From Candidatus Woesebacteria bacterium RBG_16_42_24 (GTDB lineage Bacteria; Patescibacteriota; Microgenomatia; UBA8517), in the NCBI GenBank assembly GCA_001792115.1, contig MGFX01000006.1, forward strand, positions 82,537 to 146,536: a stretch of DNA of 64,000 nt, read 5' to 3'. The notes below the pieces were generated by a model. That model made no database searches, was not told the origin of the DNA, and was given only the letters and a program-made list of their open reading frames with translations. Both the position numbers and the translations under genes were made by a program. Below, piece by piece: positions 1 through 9,437 of the stretch (positions are counted from its first letter, which is position 1; each line of letters opens with the position of its first letter).

Positions 1-184
1 GGGAAAAAAAATGAGTGGCGTAAAGAAAAAAAGGAGATTGAAAAGGGTGGGGATTCCATTTTGTAAGATTTTCTTCATATGCCCAATTTACACGCAATAG
101 ACATTTTTTTAAAGGGTATTTTGGCCTTTGCAAAGACTACCTGCCTCGTTATACTTGTGGAACAATTTAAGGGCACTTTTTGTC

Positions 185-1240
185 ATGGCGTTACCTTTTG
201 TAAATAAAATATTAGGTTTGTTCTCTCATGACATTGGGATTGATTTGGGGACCGCAAATACCCTGGTTTGGGTCTCGGGAAAGGGAATTGTAATTCGTGA
301 ACCCTCGGTTGTCGCCAGGCACAAAAAAAGTAAGGAAATTCTAGCTATAGGAACTTCGGCTAAAAAGATGCTGGGAAGGACTCCTGCCACAATTGAGACA
401 ATTAGACCTTTAAGGCACGGAGTCATTGCGGATTTTGATGCTACGGCCGCGATGCTAGGCCATTACATCAGAAAGGTGCATGAGTCAGGAGGCGTGTTGC
501 CAAAAATCCCTAGACCTAGGGTAGTTATTGGGATTCCTTCGGGGGTAACCGAGGTAGAAAGAAGAGCGGTAGCTGAGGCCGCAGTTTCAGCTGGAGCCCG
601 GGAGGCGCACTTGATTGAGGAACCGATGGCAGCCGCAATCGGCGCTGGCCTGCCTATTGAAGAACCTGAAGGAATTTTCGTCGTTGATATTGGTGGAGGA
701 ACCAGCGAAATTGCGGTCATATCTTTAGGGGGCATAGTTCTGGGGCGGTCTGTAAGAATTGCGGGGGACGAGATGGACGAGGCGATAGTAAGCTATGTTC
801 GCCTCAAATACTCGCTTCTTTTGGGTCAACCTACTGCTGAGGAAGTAAAAATAGGGATCGCTTCAGGAGTCCCTCCCGAGAAGGAGAAATTTGCAGTAGT
901 AAGAGGAAGAGATCTTGAGACCGGACTTCCGAAGTCCGTGAAGTTAGCCAGTAGCGAAATAAGGGAGGCTCTAGCGCCTATCCTTCGGGAAATAATTTCC
1001 GCGGTTTCCGACAGCCTAGAGGAAACACCTCCGGAACTCGTTTCCGATATTATGGAAAAGGGTATTGTTATGGCGGGCGGAGGGAGTTTACTGCCAGGAA
1101 TTGACAAGATTGTAGCCGAAGAAACAAAAATGCCAGTTTGGATTGCTCCTGACCCACTAACTTGTGTAGTAAGGGGTTGCGCTAAGCTCTTGGAAGATCG
1201 CCGGCTTCTAGCAAAAATTCGAGTCAGTCGAAGTTTCTAG
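185..1240 (+). CDS. mreB: Rod shape-determining protein MreB (actin-like ATPase)
   Basis: Translation has DLGTANTLVW and DIGGGTSEIAVISLGG, actin/Hsp70-fold motifs typical of MreB. The start is moved to the internal ATG at 185 (MALPFVNKILG...) from the longer track ORF that begins at 128. Confidence 0.9.
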   Translation: MALPFVNKILGLFSHDIGIDLGTANTLVWVSGKGIVIREPSVVARHKKSKEILAIGTSAKKMLGRTPATIETIRPLRHGVIADFDATAAMLGHYIRKVHESGGVLPKIPRPRVVIGIPSGVTEVERRAVAEAAVSAGAREAHLIEEPMAAAIGAGLPIEEPEGIFVVDIGGGTSEIAVISLGGIVLGRSVRIAGDEMDEAIVSYVRLKYSLLLGQPTAEEVKIGIASGVPPEKEKFAVVRGRDLETGLPKSVKLASSEIREALAPILREIISAVSDSLEETPPELVSDIMEKGIVMAGGGSLLPGIDKIVAEETKMPVWIAPDPLTCVVRGCAKLLEDRRLLAKIRVSRSF

Positions 1241-1241
1241 T

Positions 1242-2849
1242 ATGGAAACCCTTATTTCTCTAAAGACCCAAAGTTGGCTTTTCTGGTTTATGAGGGGGCT
1301 TTTAATTTTAGGATTTCTGGTTCTAGCAGGGAGGCTATTAGAACTTGAAATAATTAAAGGTGGTTATTATCGAAGCCTTTCTGAAGGAAACAGAATAAGG
1401 AGGATTCCAATCAGCGCTCCTCGGGGAAATATTATAGCTCGAGGTGGCGAAATTATCGTCGGAAATAAAGCAGTTAAAAAAAGGGTTATTTTTGACCAAG
1501 AGAAAGGATACAAAAAGCTTGACGACACTCTCGGCGCCCCCCAAGAAGAAATAGTTGAGGAGTGGGAGAGGGAATACAGATATGGATGGAAATTTGCCCA
1601 CGTTAGCGGATATCTGGGCGAAGTTAATGAGGAAGAGTTGGGGAAAGTAATTGCCGAGTGTCCTGAAAAAGGTGCAAGGAAGCTGGGAGCTTTAGTTGGT
1701 CGAGCGGGACTTGAAGAGATTTATGAGTGCACATTGGCAGGTATAAACGGTGAGGAGTTGGTAGAGGTCGACACGAGAGGAAAAAAAATAAGAACATTAG
1801 GGAAGAAAGATCCAATCCCTGGGGAAGACCTAAAAACGTCGATTGATATTAAGCTTCAGGTGAAAATTGCCGATGAAATGAACGGGAAGAAGGGAGCGGT
1901 GATTGCTTCCGATGCGAATGGGAGTATACTGGCACTTTTTTCTTATCCGTCTTTCGACCCCAACTCGCTTATCAAGAAAGATAAAAGTGCCGAGGTCGAA
2001 GTGTACTTAACCGATTCCAATTTGCCATTTTTTAATAGAGCGATAGGGGGAATGTATCATCCTGGGAGTGTCTTTAAACCGATAGTAGCCGTCGCGGCAC
2101 TTGAGGAAGGTGAAATTGATAAAGATTATATCTTTGATGACCCTGGGATAATCTCGATCGGAACATTTTCTTACACAAACTGGTATTTTAGTCAATACGG
2201 CAAAACCGAGGGAAGAATCGGGGTTACTCGCGCGATAGCTCGCTCTACAGATACTTTTTTCTATAAGCTCGGAGAATTTCTTGGGATTGAGACTTTAGCT
2301 TCCTGGGCCGAGACTTTTGGTCTGGGGCAAAAGACGAATATTGACCTGCCCGGCGAGATAGCGGGGCTCGTACCCACCCCGGAGTGGAAAGAGAGGGTTA
2401 AAGGGGAGCGCTGGTTTTTGGGAAATACTTACCACGTCTCGATCGGTCAGGGGGATCTCGCACTCACCCCCATTGAAGTAAATAGAGCTATTTCGGCAGT
2501 TGCAACCGGAAAGCTTTGTCGGCCAAAAATTGTAGGAGGTAAAGAGTGCAAAGATTTAGGGATTAAGAAAGAAAATTTAGAATTAGTTAGGGAGGGAATG
2601 GGTGAGGCTTGTAGCGCCGGGGGGACAGGATTTACATTTTTCGATTTTACGCCTGCGGTTGCTTGTAAAACTGGAACAGCAGAAACAAATGTCGACGGCA
2701 AAACCCATGCATGGTTTAGCGTTTATTCTCCCCAAGAGTTTCCGGAGATTATTATGACAGTTTTAGTTGAGGGTGGAGGTGAAGGGTCGAGAGTTGCAGG
2801 GCCAGTGGCAAGATCCATATTCGACTTCTGGTATGGTAAGGGAGGATAG
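1242..2849 (+). CDS. mrdA: Peptidoglycan D,D-transpeptidase, penicillin-binding protein 2
   Basis: N-terminal TM segment. Transpeptidase motifs SxxK (GSVFKP), SxN-like (SIGQG) and KTG (KTGTA). Sits immediately downstream of mreB as in rod-shape operons. Confidence 0.88.
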   Translation: METLISLKTQSWLFWFMRGLLILGFLVLAGRLLELEIIKGGYYRSLSEGNRIRRIPISAPRGNIIARGGEIIVGNKAVKKRVIFDQEKGYKKLDDTLGAPQEEIVEEWEREYRYGWKFAHVSGYLGEVNEEELGKVIAECPEKGARKLGALVGRAGLEEIYECTLAGINGEELVEVDTRGKKIRTLGKKDPIPGEDLKTSIDIKLQVKIADEMNGKKGAVIASDANGSILALFSYPSFDPNSLIKKDKSAEVEVYLTDSNLPFFNRAIGGMYHPGSVFKPIVAVAALEEGEIDKDYIFDDPGIISIGTFSYTNWYFSQYGKTEGRIGVTRAIARSTDTFFYKLGEFLGIETLASWAETFGLGQKTNIDLPGEIAGLVPTPEWKERVKGERWFLGNTYHVSIGQGDLALTPIEVNRAISAVATGKLCRPKIVGGKECKDLGIKKENLELVREGMGEACSAGGTGFTFFDFTPAVACKTGTAETNVDGKTHAWFSVYSPQEFPEIIMTVLVEGGGEGSRVAGPVARSIFDFWYGKGG

Positions 2850-2852
2850 AGT

Positions 2853-3932
2853 ATGACAGAAAAAGAGGCACTCATTTCCATATCCAGCTTCGTTCCCTTC
2901 GGCCCTGCAAGGATTAATCTTTTAATTTCTTTTTTCGGAACCGCAAGAAAAGTTTGGAATGCGAAAGTGCAGATTCTTAGGAAGCTCGGACTGGGGGAGG
3001 AAAAACTGACAGGGTTTTTAGCTCATAGGAAAAGTTTTGATCTAACAAAATACCAAAAGAGTTTAAAGAAAAATTCTATCGGGGTAGTTAGTATATGGGA
3101 ACGAAATTACCCCCGGGTGTTAAAGGAAATTGACTCAGCCCCAATCCTTTTATATTTCAAAGGGAGAATGGATAATATGGAACCGGGGGTTGCCATAGTG
3201 GGTGCAAGAAAAATGACCTCTTATGGGAGGGAAGTTGCTTGGAAGTTTGCTGGAGAACTTGCCACGTTTGGGATAACAATAATTTCTGGGCTAGCTAGGG
3301 GCGTAGACACTGCGGCCCACGAGGCCGCGCTTTCCGTAAAGGGAAATACCGTAGCGGTTTTGGGTTGTGGGCTCGATAGGCTCTACCCCCCGGAAAATAC
3401 GGGTCTTGCAGAGAGAATCGTTAAAAATGGAGGCACCCTAATTTCAGAATACCCGCTTAATTATCCGGCTTTGAAACTTAACTTTGCAGCAAGAAATAGA
3501 ATAATTTCCGGACTTTCAAAAGCGGTAGTGGTTGTTGAGGGTACCCAAAAAAGCGGAACACTTCTGACCGCCTCGGCGGCGGCAGAGCAAGGTAGAACCG
3601 TTTTTGCAGTGCCGGGACAAATTACTTCCCCAAACACAGCTGCCCCTATTTTCTTACTCAAAAACGGGGCCAAATTGGCAACTTCCTCTAATGATATTTT
3701 AGAAGAACTCGGGTTGGAAGTAAGAGTTGATACAAGAAGAATGAATTCGATACTCCCAAGCGGCGAAGAGGAGGAAAATCTATTAAAAATATTGGAGCTA
3801 GAACCAAAGTACCTTGACGACATTGTTAGAATATCTTCTTTAGATGCGGGGAGTGTTTCTGCTAGACTAACTATTATGGAGTTAAAAGGATTGGTAAAGA
3901 ATTTGGGGGGAGGAGTATATAAAAAGATATAA
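2853..3932 (+). CDS. dprA: DNA processing protein DprA/Smf
   Basis: Rossmann-like DprA core: GARKMTSYG...ISGLARGVDTAAHEAAL...VVVEGTQKSGTL. Confidence 0.85.
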   Translation: MTEKEALISISSFVPFGPARINLLISFFGTARKVWNAKVQILRKLGLGEEKLTGFLAHRKSFDLTKYQKSLKKNSIGVVSIWERNYPRVLKEIDSAPILLYFKGRMDNMEPGVAIVGARKMTSYGREVAWKFAGELATFGITIISGLARGVDTAAHEAALSVKGNTVAVLGCGLDRLYPPENTGLAERIVKNGGTLISEYPLNYPALKLNFAARNRIISGLSKAVVVVEGTQKSGTLLTASAAAEQGRTVFAVPGQITSPNTAAPIFLLKNGAKLATSSNDILEELGLEVRVDTRRMNSILPSGEEEENLLKILELEPKYLDDIVRISSLDAGSVSARLTIMELKGLVKNLGGGVYKKI

Positions 3933-4037
3933 TTTCCAAATGCCAATTACCAATTTCCAAATAATTTCAAATTCTCAAATTTCAAATTTATTAATATTGA
4001 TAACTAACTGGAAATCGGAATTTGGAAACTGGAAATT
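3931..4037. repeat. Heptamer-repeat array in inverted (cruciform-like) arrangement between dprA and topA
   Basis: Left arm aatttccaaat...caatttccaaataatttcaaattctcaaatttcaaattt. Right arm ggaaatcggaatttggaaactggaaatt, which is the reverse complement of the same unit. Confidence 0.85.
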
Positions 4038-4046
4038 AATAATACT

Positions 4047-5999
4047 ATGAATCTAATCATTGTTGAATCACCTACCAAGGCTAGAACGTTGACCCGTTTT
4101 TTGGGGAAGGCTTATTCTGTGGCGGCGACCATGGGACATATTAAGGACCTACCCAAGAATATATTAGGGGTGGATATTGAGAATAATTTTTCTCCCCAAT
4201 ATCAAGATGTTGAAAAGAAAAAAGCGGCGGTTTTGGAAATAAAAAAACTGGCTAAAAAAGCCGATAAGATATATTTGGCGACAGACCCGGACCGCGAGGG
4301 AGAAGCCATAGCTTCGCACGTTTCCGAAATGCTTGTTGGTAAGGAAACCCGGATTGTCTTCCACGAAATTACCAAAGAGGCGGTTGTCGATGCTATCACG
4401 CACCCAAGGGCGGTTGACAGAAATTTGGTCGACGCCCAAATTGCAAGAAGAGTGCTAGACCGCCTCGTAGGCTATAAACTCTCGCCCCTTCTTTGGAAAA
4501 AGGTAAGGCGCGGCCTTTCGGCCGGTCGCGTTCAGACTGTTGCTGTAAAAATAATTGTCGAGCGGGAGCGCGAAATTGAGAAGTTTAAGCCAGAGGAATG
4601 TTGGAATATTTGGTGCGAATTAAAAGGCAAAAGCGGTCAAGTGTTTATAGTGAATTTTATCGGGACCGAAGACAAAAAGATTGAAGTTAAGAATGGAAAA
4701 GAAGCGGGGAATATAGTAGCCAGTTTAAAGAAATCTCGTTACGCTGTTTTGGACGTCAAAAGGCGCGAAGTCAGAAAAAATCCATTCCCTCCTTTTACCA
4801 CTTCGACTCTTGCTCAGGCAGCCGCGAGAATTTTTGGCTGGTCGGCTAAAAGAACCATGTCTATTGCCCAAAGACTTTATGAGAGGGGTTATATCACTTA
4901 TCACAGAACCGACTCGACATTTATTGCCAAAACGGCGATAGAAAGGGTTAGAAGCTTTATTCAGGTAAAATATGGCAAAAATTATTTACCCCCGACTCCC
5001 AGATTTTATAAGGTTACCTCCAAAGTCGCTCAGGAAGCCCACGAAGGGATTCGTCCGACTAACCTTGAACTTGCGAGCGAGGCTATTAAAAGCAAAAAAT
5101 ACGGCAATGACGCTTCAATTCTATACGAGCTTATTTGGCGAAGATTTGTGGCGAGTCAGATGATGGCAAGTCTCTATGATGAAACGACAATCGATGTTTT
5201 GGCAACAAATGGGGAAAGTTATCTTCTTAGAGCCTCCGGACAGGTCATAAAATTTGACGGTTGGCGTAAGGTTATTCCTGCCAAAAAAAATGGTGAGGAA
5301 GAAGTTGTCTTACCTGAGGTTAAGGCTAAAGAAAGCTTGACTTTAATTAAAGTTGACTCCGCACAGAAATTCACCGAAGCCCCTGCAAGATTTAACGAAG
5401 CCTCGCTTATAAAGACTTTGGAGAAGTTAGGAATTGGAAGACCTTCGACCTATGCTCCGATCATTTCGACAATTCAGATAAGAAATTATGTAGAGAAGAA
5501 AGAGGGGAAGTTTTTTCCGACACCAGTTGGGGTCGCTGTGAATGACTTTTTGATTCCGAATTTCCCGCAAGTATTTGATTATGCATTTACCGCCGAGATG
5601 GAAGCCGATCTTGATAAAGTGGCCGATGGAAAAGTGTCTTGGCAGGATAGTATAAAGAAGTTCTGGGATCCATTCGCGGGGAAACTCGCTTCGGTTGAGA
5701 ATGCAAAAAGAGTAAAAATTGAAGTTGAAAAGTTGGGCAAGGCGTGTCCAGAGTGTAAAAAAGGGGAGCTCGTCGTGAGAATCGGAAGATTCGGAAAATT
5801 TATTTCTTGCTCGCGATTTCCCGACTGTAAATTTACAGAGAAATATGTTGAAAAAATAGGAATGAAATGCCCGAAGTGTGGAAAAGGGGAGGTTATTGTT
5901 AAAAAAACCGGAAAGGGTAAAAGATTCTTCGGTTGCTCCATCTACCCCAAATGTAAGTGGGCTTCATGGAGAAAACCGGAAGCCGTTAAGAAGGAGTAA
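4047..5999 (+). CDS. topA: DNA topoisomerase I
   Basis: Canonical TopA start MNLIIVESPTKARTL (Toprim), a catalytic Tyr region, and C-terminal C4 zinc ribbons (CPECKKGELV.., CPKCGKGEV..). Confidence 0.95.
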   Translation: MNLIIVESPTKARTLTRFLGKAYSVAATMGHIKDLPKNILGVDIENNFSPQYQDVEKKKAAVLEIKKLAKKADKIYLATDPDREGEAIASHVSEMLVGKETRIVFHEITKEAVVDAITHPRAVDRNLVDAQIARRVLDRLVGYKLSPLLWKKVRRGLSAGRVQTVAVKIIVEREREIEKFKPEECWNIWCELKGKSGQVFIVNFIGTEDKKIEVKNGKEAGNIVASLKKSRYAVLDVKRREVRKNPFPPFTTSTLAQAAARIFGWSAKRTMSIAQRLYERGYITYHRTDSTFIAKTAIERVRSFIQVKYGKNYLPPTPRFYKVTSKVAQEAHEGIRPTNLELASEAIKSKKYGNDASILYELIWRRFVASQMMASLYDETTIDVLATNGESYLLRASGQVIKFDGWRKVIPAKKNGEEEVVLPEVKAKESLTLIKVDSAQKFTEAPARFNEASLIKTLEKLGIGRPSTYAPIISTIQIRNYVEKKEGKFFPTPVGVAVNDFLIPNFPQVFDYAFTAEMEADLDKVADGKVSWQDSIKKFWDPFAGKLASVENAKRVKIEVEKLGKACPECKKGELVVRIGRFGKFISCSRFPDCKFTEKYVEKIGMKCPKCGKGEVIVKKTGKGKRFFGCSIYPKCKWASWRKPEAVKKE

Positions 6000-6585
6000 T
6001 CAAATCCTCTCTTCTTAATTCCCAGAGAAGTTTCATAAGTTCCGTGTTGCTGACAAATCCCGCCTCTATCTCCCAATCCTCGGGCTTGATTAGCTCGTGC
6101 TTGGGTGGAAAACTGTGGGAGGCACGGCCCTTAGCGTACTTGATACAAACAAGGTTGTAGTCTGGTATTTGGGGATCAGGCGACATATGGTAGATTTCCC
6201 ACCATCCATAAGCTTCGTCACCCGTTTCGAAAATAACATCCCAGGTGTGGTCACGGCCAACAGCGAACCCCAAAGTTTCGTGGTCCATAACAAGAATTGG
6301 CGGAAAGTCCCTTCTTAATGAAATTCCTTCGAGGAACGTTAAGTCTTCGGAAGAAAAGGGGACCAATCTCGCTTCCAAAGACAATTTCAAAAAGGATTCA
6401 GGATTTTGCCGAAATAATCTTTCTTGTCTTTTTAGTGCTTCCTTGAAGTGGACTAGGTGTTCGAAAACCTCGTCTGTTAGATACAAAGGATGGGATCTGT
6501 CAGGAAGGCGATAAATGGCCATCTGGAAGTTGGTTGGAGGACCAAATTCTAAAGGTTTCATTTCGCCTGAGATTTTAAAACCCAA
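5986..6585 (-). CDS. Hypothetical protein (199 aa), convergent with topA
   Basis: The only long ORF in this 600-bp interval. No motif I recognise. Overlaps the topA stop by 14 nt. Confidence 0.45.
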   Translation of the reverse strand: MGFKISGEMKPLEFGPPTNFQMAIYRLPDRSHPLYLTDEVFEHLVHFKEALKRQERLFRQNPESFLKLSLEARLVPFSSEDLTFLEGISLRRDFPPILVMDHETLGFAVGRDHTWDVIFETGDEAYGWWEIYHMSPDPQIPDYNLVCIKYAKGRASHSFPPKHELIKPEDWEIEAGFVSNTELMKLLWELRREDLITPS

Positions 6586-6672
6586 AAGACTAATTGTAAA
6601 GGCATGTCGTGGGTTGTAAAAATACTAAATTAGTAATTGACACCCTGCTTATTAATTGATAAACATTTGCCG

Positions 6673-7275
6673 ATGGCAAGACGAAGGAAATTTCCTCCCA
6701 TTCAAGACGTTTACGGAACTCTTCCCGATTGGGCACTCAAACAGTATATCAAGCATGGCGTTATTAAAATCAAAGGACTGGACGATCGTTGGGAAGAAAA
6801 ACTAGGCCCTGTCACTTTAGACTTTCACTTGGACGGACTCATCCTTATTCCCAAAGAAAATCCCTATAGCTACATTGATGTAAGAAAGGGAATAAAAGAA
6901 GAGGACTATGATGTTGTTAATATTCCGGAAGGAGGCCCCCATATTCTTAAACCTGGTCAGTTTATTATCGCCAGAACCCAAGAGAAACTAACACTCCCTG
7001 CGGACATTGTCGGCAGACTAGAAGGAAAAAGTAGCCTTGCAAGACTCGGAATTGTGGTCCATTTAACCGCTGGAAGGTTCGACCCGGGGTGGGCGGCAGT
7101 GCCGGTTTTGGAGCTTAAGAATAATTCCAATACAGACGTGATTATATATGAAGGGTGGCCGATTTGCGCCTTTTCATTCGAAAGGCTCTCCTCCCCGGTA
7201 GAGCGGCCACTGGATAACAGCGATAGATATTCAAAAGGGGCGATTCTAAGCCTTATACATACTGACCATAGGTAA
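6673..7275 (+). CDS. dcd: dCTP deaminase (trimeric dUTPase-superfamily)
   Basis: LPADIVGRLEGKSSLARLGIVVHLTAGRFDPGW..VERPLDNSDRYSKG follows the E. coli Dcd pattern (GRSSLARLG...IDPGW...RPY). The start is moved to the ATG at 6673. Confidence 0.85.
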   Translation: MARRRKFPPIQDVYGTLPDWALKQYIKHGVIKIKGLDDRWEEKLGPVTLDFHLDGLILIPKENPYSYIDVRKGIKEEDYDVVNIPEGGPHILKPGQFIIARTQEKLTLPADIVGRLEGKSSLARLGIVVHLTAGRFDPGWAAVPVLELKNNSNTDVIIYEGWPICAFSFERLSSPVERPLDNSDRYSKGAILSLIHTDHR

Positions 7276-7278
7276 GAT

Positions 7279-7818
7279 ATGCCGATAGGACCAGAAACAC
7301 TTTTGGAGTTGGTGAGAAAAAGAAAGCTTGTTTCAAAACTCGACCAAAGGGAATTAAGAAATCCCGAGGGGGCAGGTTTTGACCTTCGAGTAGGTAGAGT
7401 CTATGAAATTTTCGGGGAAGCATTTTTAGGAATAAAAGATAGACAAACCCCAAAGGCCAAACTTGTTGCAAAATATAATCCTCGAAAAAGGGCGTCTTAC
7501 ACTTTAAGGCCGGGAGAGTACGTCCTTATGATGACCATGGAATCCTTCAAGTTACCGCCAGATATTGTAGGTTATACCTCCTCACGAACTACAGTTTTTC
7601 GCTCTGGCGTAAACCTTATTTGTTCACCAATTCAACCTGGCTATGTTGGGGAGCTTACATTTGGACTTAAAAATGAGGGACCAGTTGATTTTACTTTTGA
7701 GCTAGGTGCAAGAATTGCACACGTGCAGTTTGATTATGTCCAAGGAGGCGGGGCCGCTTATAGGGGGCAATGGCAGGGGGGAAGAGTAACTACCTCCGGT
7801 AGAGAAGAACAAATTTGA
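7279..7818 (+). CDS. Second Dcd/dUTPase-family protein (paralog; dUTPase or bifunctional dCTP deaminase-dUTPase candidate)
   Basis: YTSSRTTVFRSGVNLICSPIQPGYVGELTFGLKNEG matches the conserved RSS..R.G......DPGY.G...L.N core of trimeric dUTPase/Dcd enzymes. In tandem with dcd. Confidence 0.75.
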   Translation: MPIGPETLLELVRKRKLVSKLDQRELRNPEGAGFDLRVGRVYEIFGEAFLGIKDRQTPKAKLVAKYNPRKRASYTLRPGEYVLMMTMESFKLPPDIVGYTSSRTTVFRSGVNLICSPIQPGYVGELTFGLKNEGPVDFTFELGARIAHVQFDYVQGGGAAYRGQWQGGRVTTSGREEQI

Positions 7819-7822
7819 CAAA

Positions 7823-9436
7823 ATGAGCGTTGATTTATCACCAGAGCAAAGAGGATTCCCAGAAACAACATTTGAGGCCCCAGAAATGAAGGTTTATCCC
7901 TTGGGTTTTACCCCATCTGTCAAGCAACATTTAAGAGAATCTGGCGTCATACCTACCCAGGGGGAGACTTCCGATTTTGGAAATGTGGGTCTTCTTACCG
8001 AGGAGGAAATAGCGGTAGTTTTGGCAAAGGTTTCAAGAAATCCTGGGGGATTCTTGGAAATTGCAAAAACTGTTGATGAAGAGGGGGCCTCTCAATTTCA
8101 TCAGAAGTGGGTGGTAAGTATAGAAGGGTATGGACACGCATCGGTAGCAGAGCATGCAATGCTTCATATGGCGGTTGAAAATGTTTCTTCTTTGGCGGGA
8201 GACGAGGTAACCAATAATAGACTAGCTTCTTATACGGAATTTTCGGCAAGATTTAAAGGTAGACAAAATGTTGGACGTTATACGCCAGAATCGGTTGCGG
8301 CGCACCCAGATCTATTGAGAATGTGGAATACGGTTCATGAGAGACTTTTTAGCTTAAACGACAGATTAATGGAATTGGGGCTTTCCTATATTAGATCAGA
8401 AGATGGAAGAAAAAAGCAACCAGAAAGAAGGGCTGACGGCGCCAAAGGCGTAAAGACCGTTTCGGATCAGTTTAAAAATTTAATGCCCGCTTCGCGGTTG
8501 ACAAGTATAGGAGTAACAACAAACGCGAGAGAAGCAGAGCACATAGTCAGAAAAATGTTGTCCTCCCCATACCCAGAGGTACAAAGATTGGGGGCTAGAT
8601 TTAAGCAAGAGTGTCTTAACGTTGCCCCGACATTGGTTAAGTATGCAAATAGAAACGATTATTTGGTTTTAACAAGGGAGGCAATAGAATTTTTGGCAAG
8701 AAACCGTAGGGAAGATACGGGGTATCCCGAGATAACAGAAAAAGGACAATTAGTAAGGTTAGTTGGACATGATCCTGACGCAGAAGACAAATTTATTGCA
8801 GCCGCCTTATATGCAAAGTCCCCGGGCCAGACACTTGAACAACTTCTCTTGCAGGTAAAAGGCTTGGATGAATCTAGGAAACGACAAATATTTGAACACG
8901 TTCTGGGAAATCTTGGCAAGCACGATGCACCAATTAGAATGCTAGAGTTTGCTGGAGATTACCAGATTGAAGTTTCTGGAATGACATATGGCGATTGGAG
9001 GGAATGGAAGAGACATAGAATTGAGACTTATGATACAAAAGATTTAAGCGTCACTTATGGTTTTATGAATCCTCCACTAGCAGAAGAAATGGATGAGTCG
9101 CAGGACTTTCAATACCGCGGATCTGTCGATGCAGTCAAAGCTGTGATGGACGATGTAGGGGAGCTTTATTTAGCAGTAAAGAAGATAGACCCTCTAGCGG
9201 CTCATTATTGTGTCACCAGACTTCACTATCGACCGGCGATTGTGAAGATGAATCCAAGGGAAGCATTTCATCTCATTAGTTTAAGAACCGGACCTACAGC
9301 CCACCCTTTCATTCGGCGGCTTGCCTGGGCTTTTTACGACGAAATTAAGAAAGTGCACCCTTTATTTGCTGAACATCTGGGGAGAAGATTGTATTCCCAA
9401 GATAGGCCTTCCAGGGATTTTAATTGGACATATTAA
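7823..9436 (+). CDS. thyX: Flavin-dependent thymidylate synthase ThyX-family protein, long form (537 aa)
   Basis: GHASVAEHAM resembles the ThyX HxSxxEH motif. NNRLASYTEFSARF aligns with the ThyX signature RHRIASYNELSGRY, with RH replaced by NN. The C-terminal part has NPREAFHLISLRTGPTAHPFIRRLA, like ThyX R.L.HF..LR...AQ.EIR. A second RHR sits at WKRHRIETYD. Confidence 0.72.
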   Translation: MSVDLSPEQRGFPETTFEAPEMKVYPLGFTPSVKQHLRESGVIPTQGETSDFGNVGLLTEEEIAVVLAKVSRNPGGFLEIAKTVDEEGASQFHQKWVVSIEGYGHASVAEHAMLHMAVENVSSLAGDEVTNNRLASYTEFSARFKGRQNVGRYTPESVAAHPDLLRMWNTVHERLFSLNDRLMELGLSYIRSEDGRKKQPERRADGAKGVKTVSDQFKNLMPASRLTSIGVTTNAREAEHIVRKMLSSPYPEVQRLGARFKQECLNVAPTLVKYANRNDYLVLTREAIEFLARNRREDTGYPEITEKGQLVRLVGHDPDAEDKFIAAALYAKSPGQTLEQLLLQVKGLDESRKRQIFEHVLGNLGKHDAPIRMLEFAGDYQIEVSGMTYGDWREWKRHRIETYDTKDLSVTYGFMNPPLAEEMDESQDFQYRGSVDAVKAVMDDVGELYLAVKKIDPLAAHYCVTRLHYRPAIVKMNPREAFHLISLRTGPTAHPFIRRLAWAFYDEIKKVHPLFAEHLGRRLYSQDRPSRDFNWTY

Positions 9437-9437
9437 G

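Noticed and set aside
3931-4037. CRISPR array
   Set aside because: Repeat unit is 7 bp with no unique spacers. The arrays are microsatellite-like, some are inside genes, and no cas genes are present.
7823-9436. Idea that the 537-aa ThyX is a tandem duplication of two ThyX domains
   Set aside because: Only one HxSxxEH-like motif and one C-terminal ThyX segment are present. The extra length is a single central insertion, and long-form ThyX proteins of ~530 aa are known (for example in Chlamydia).
9321-9437. N-terminal 39 codons of the track ORF 9321..11534, overlapping the ThyX C-terminus
   Set aside because: The overlap lies in a different frame over conserved ThyX C-terminal sequence. An ATG at 9438 sits 1 nt after the thyX stop, giving a compact operon junction.
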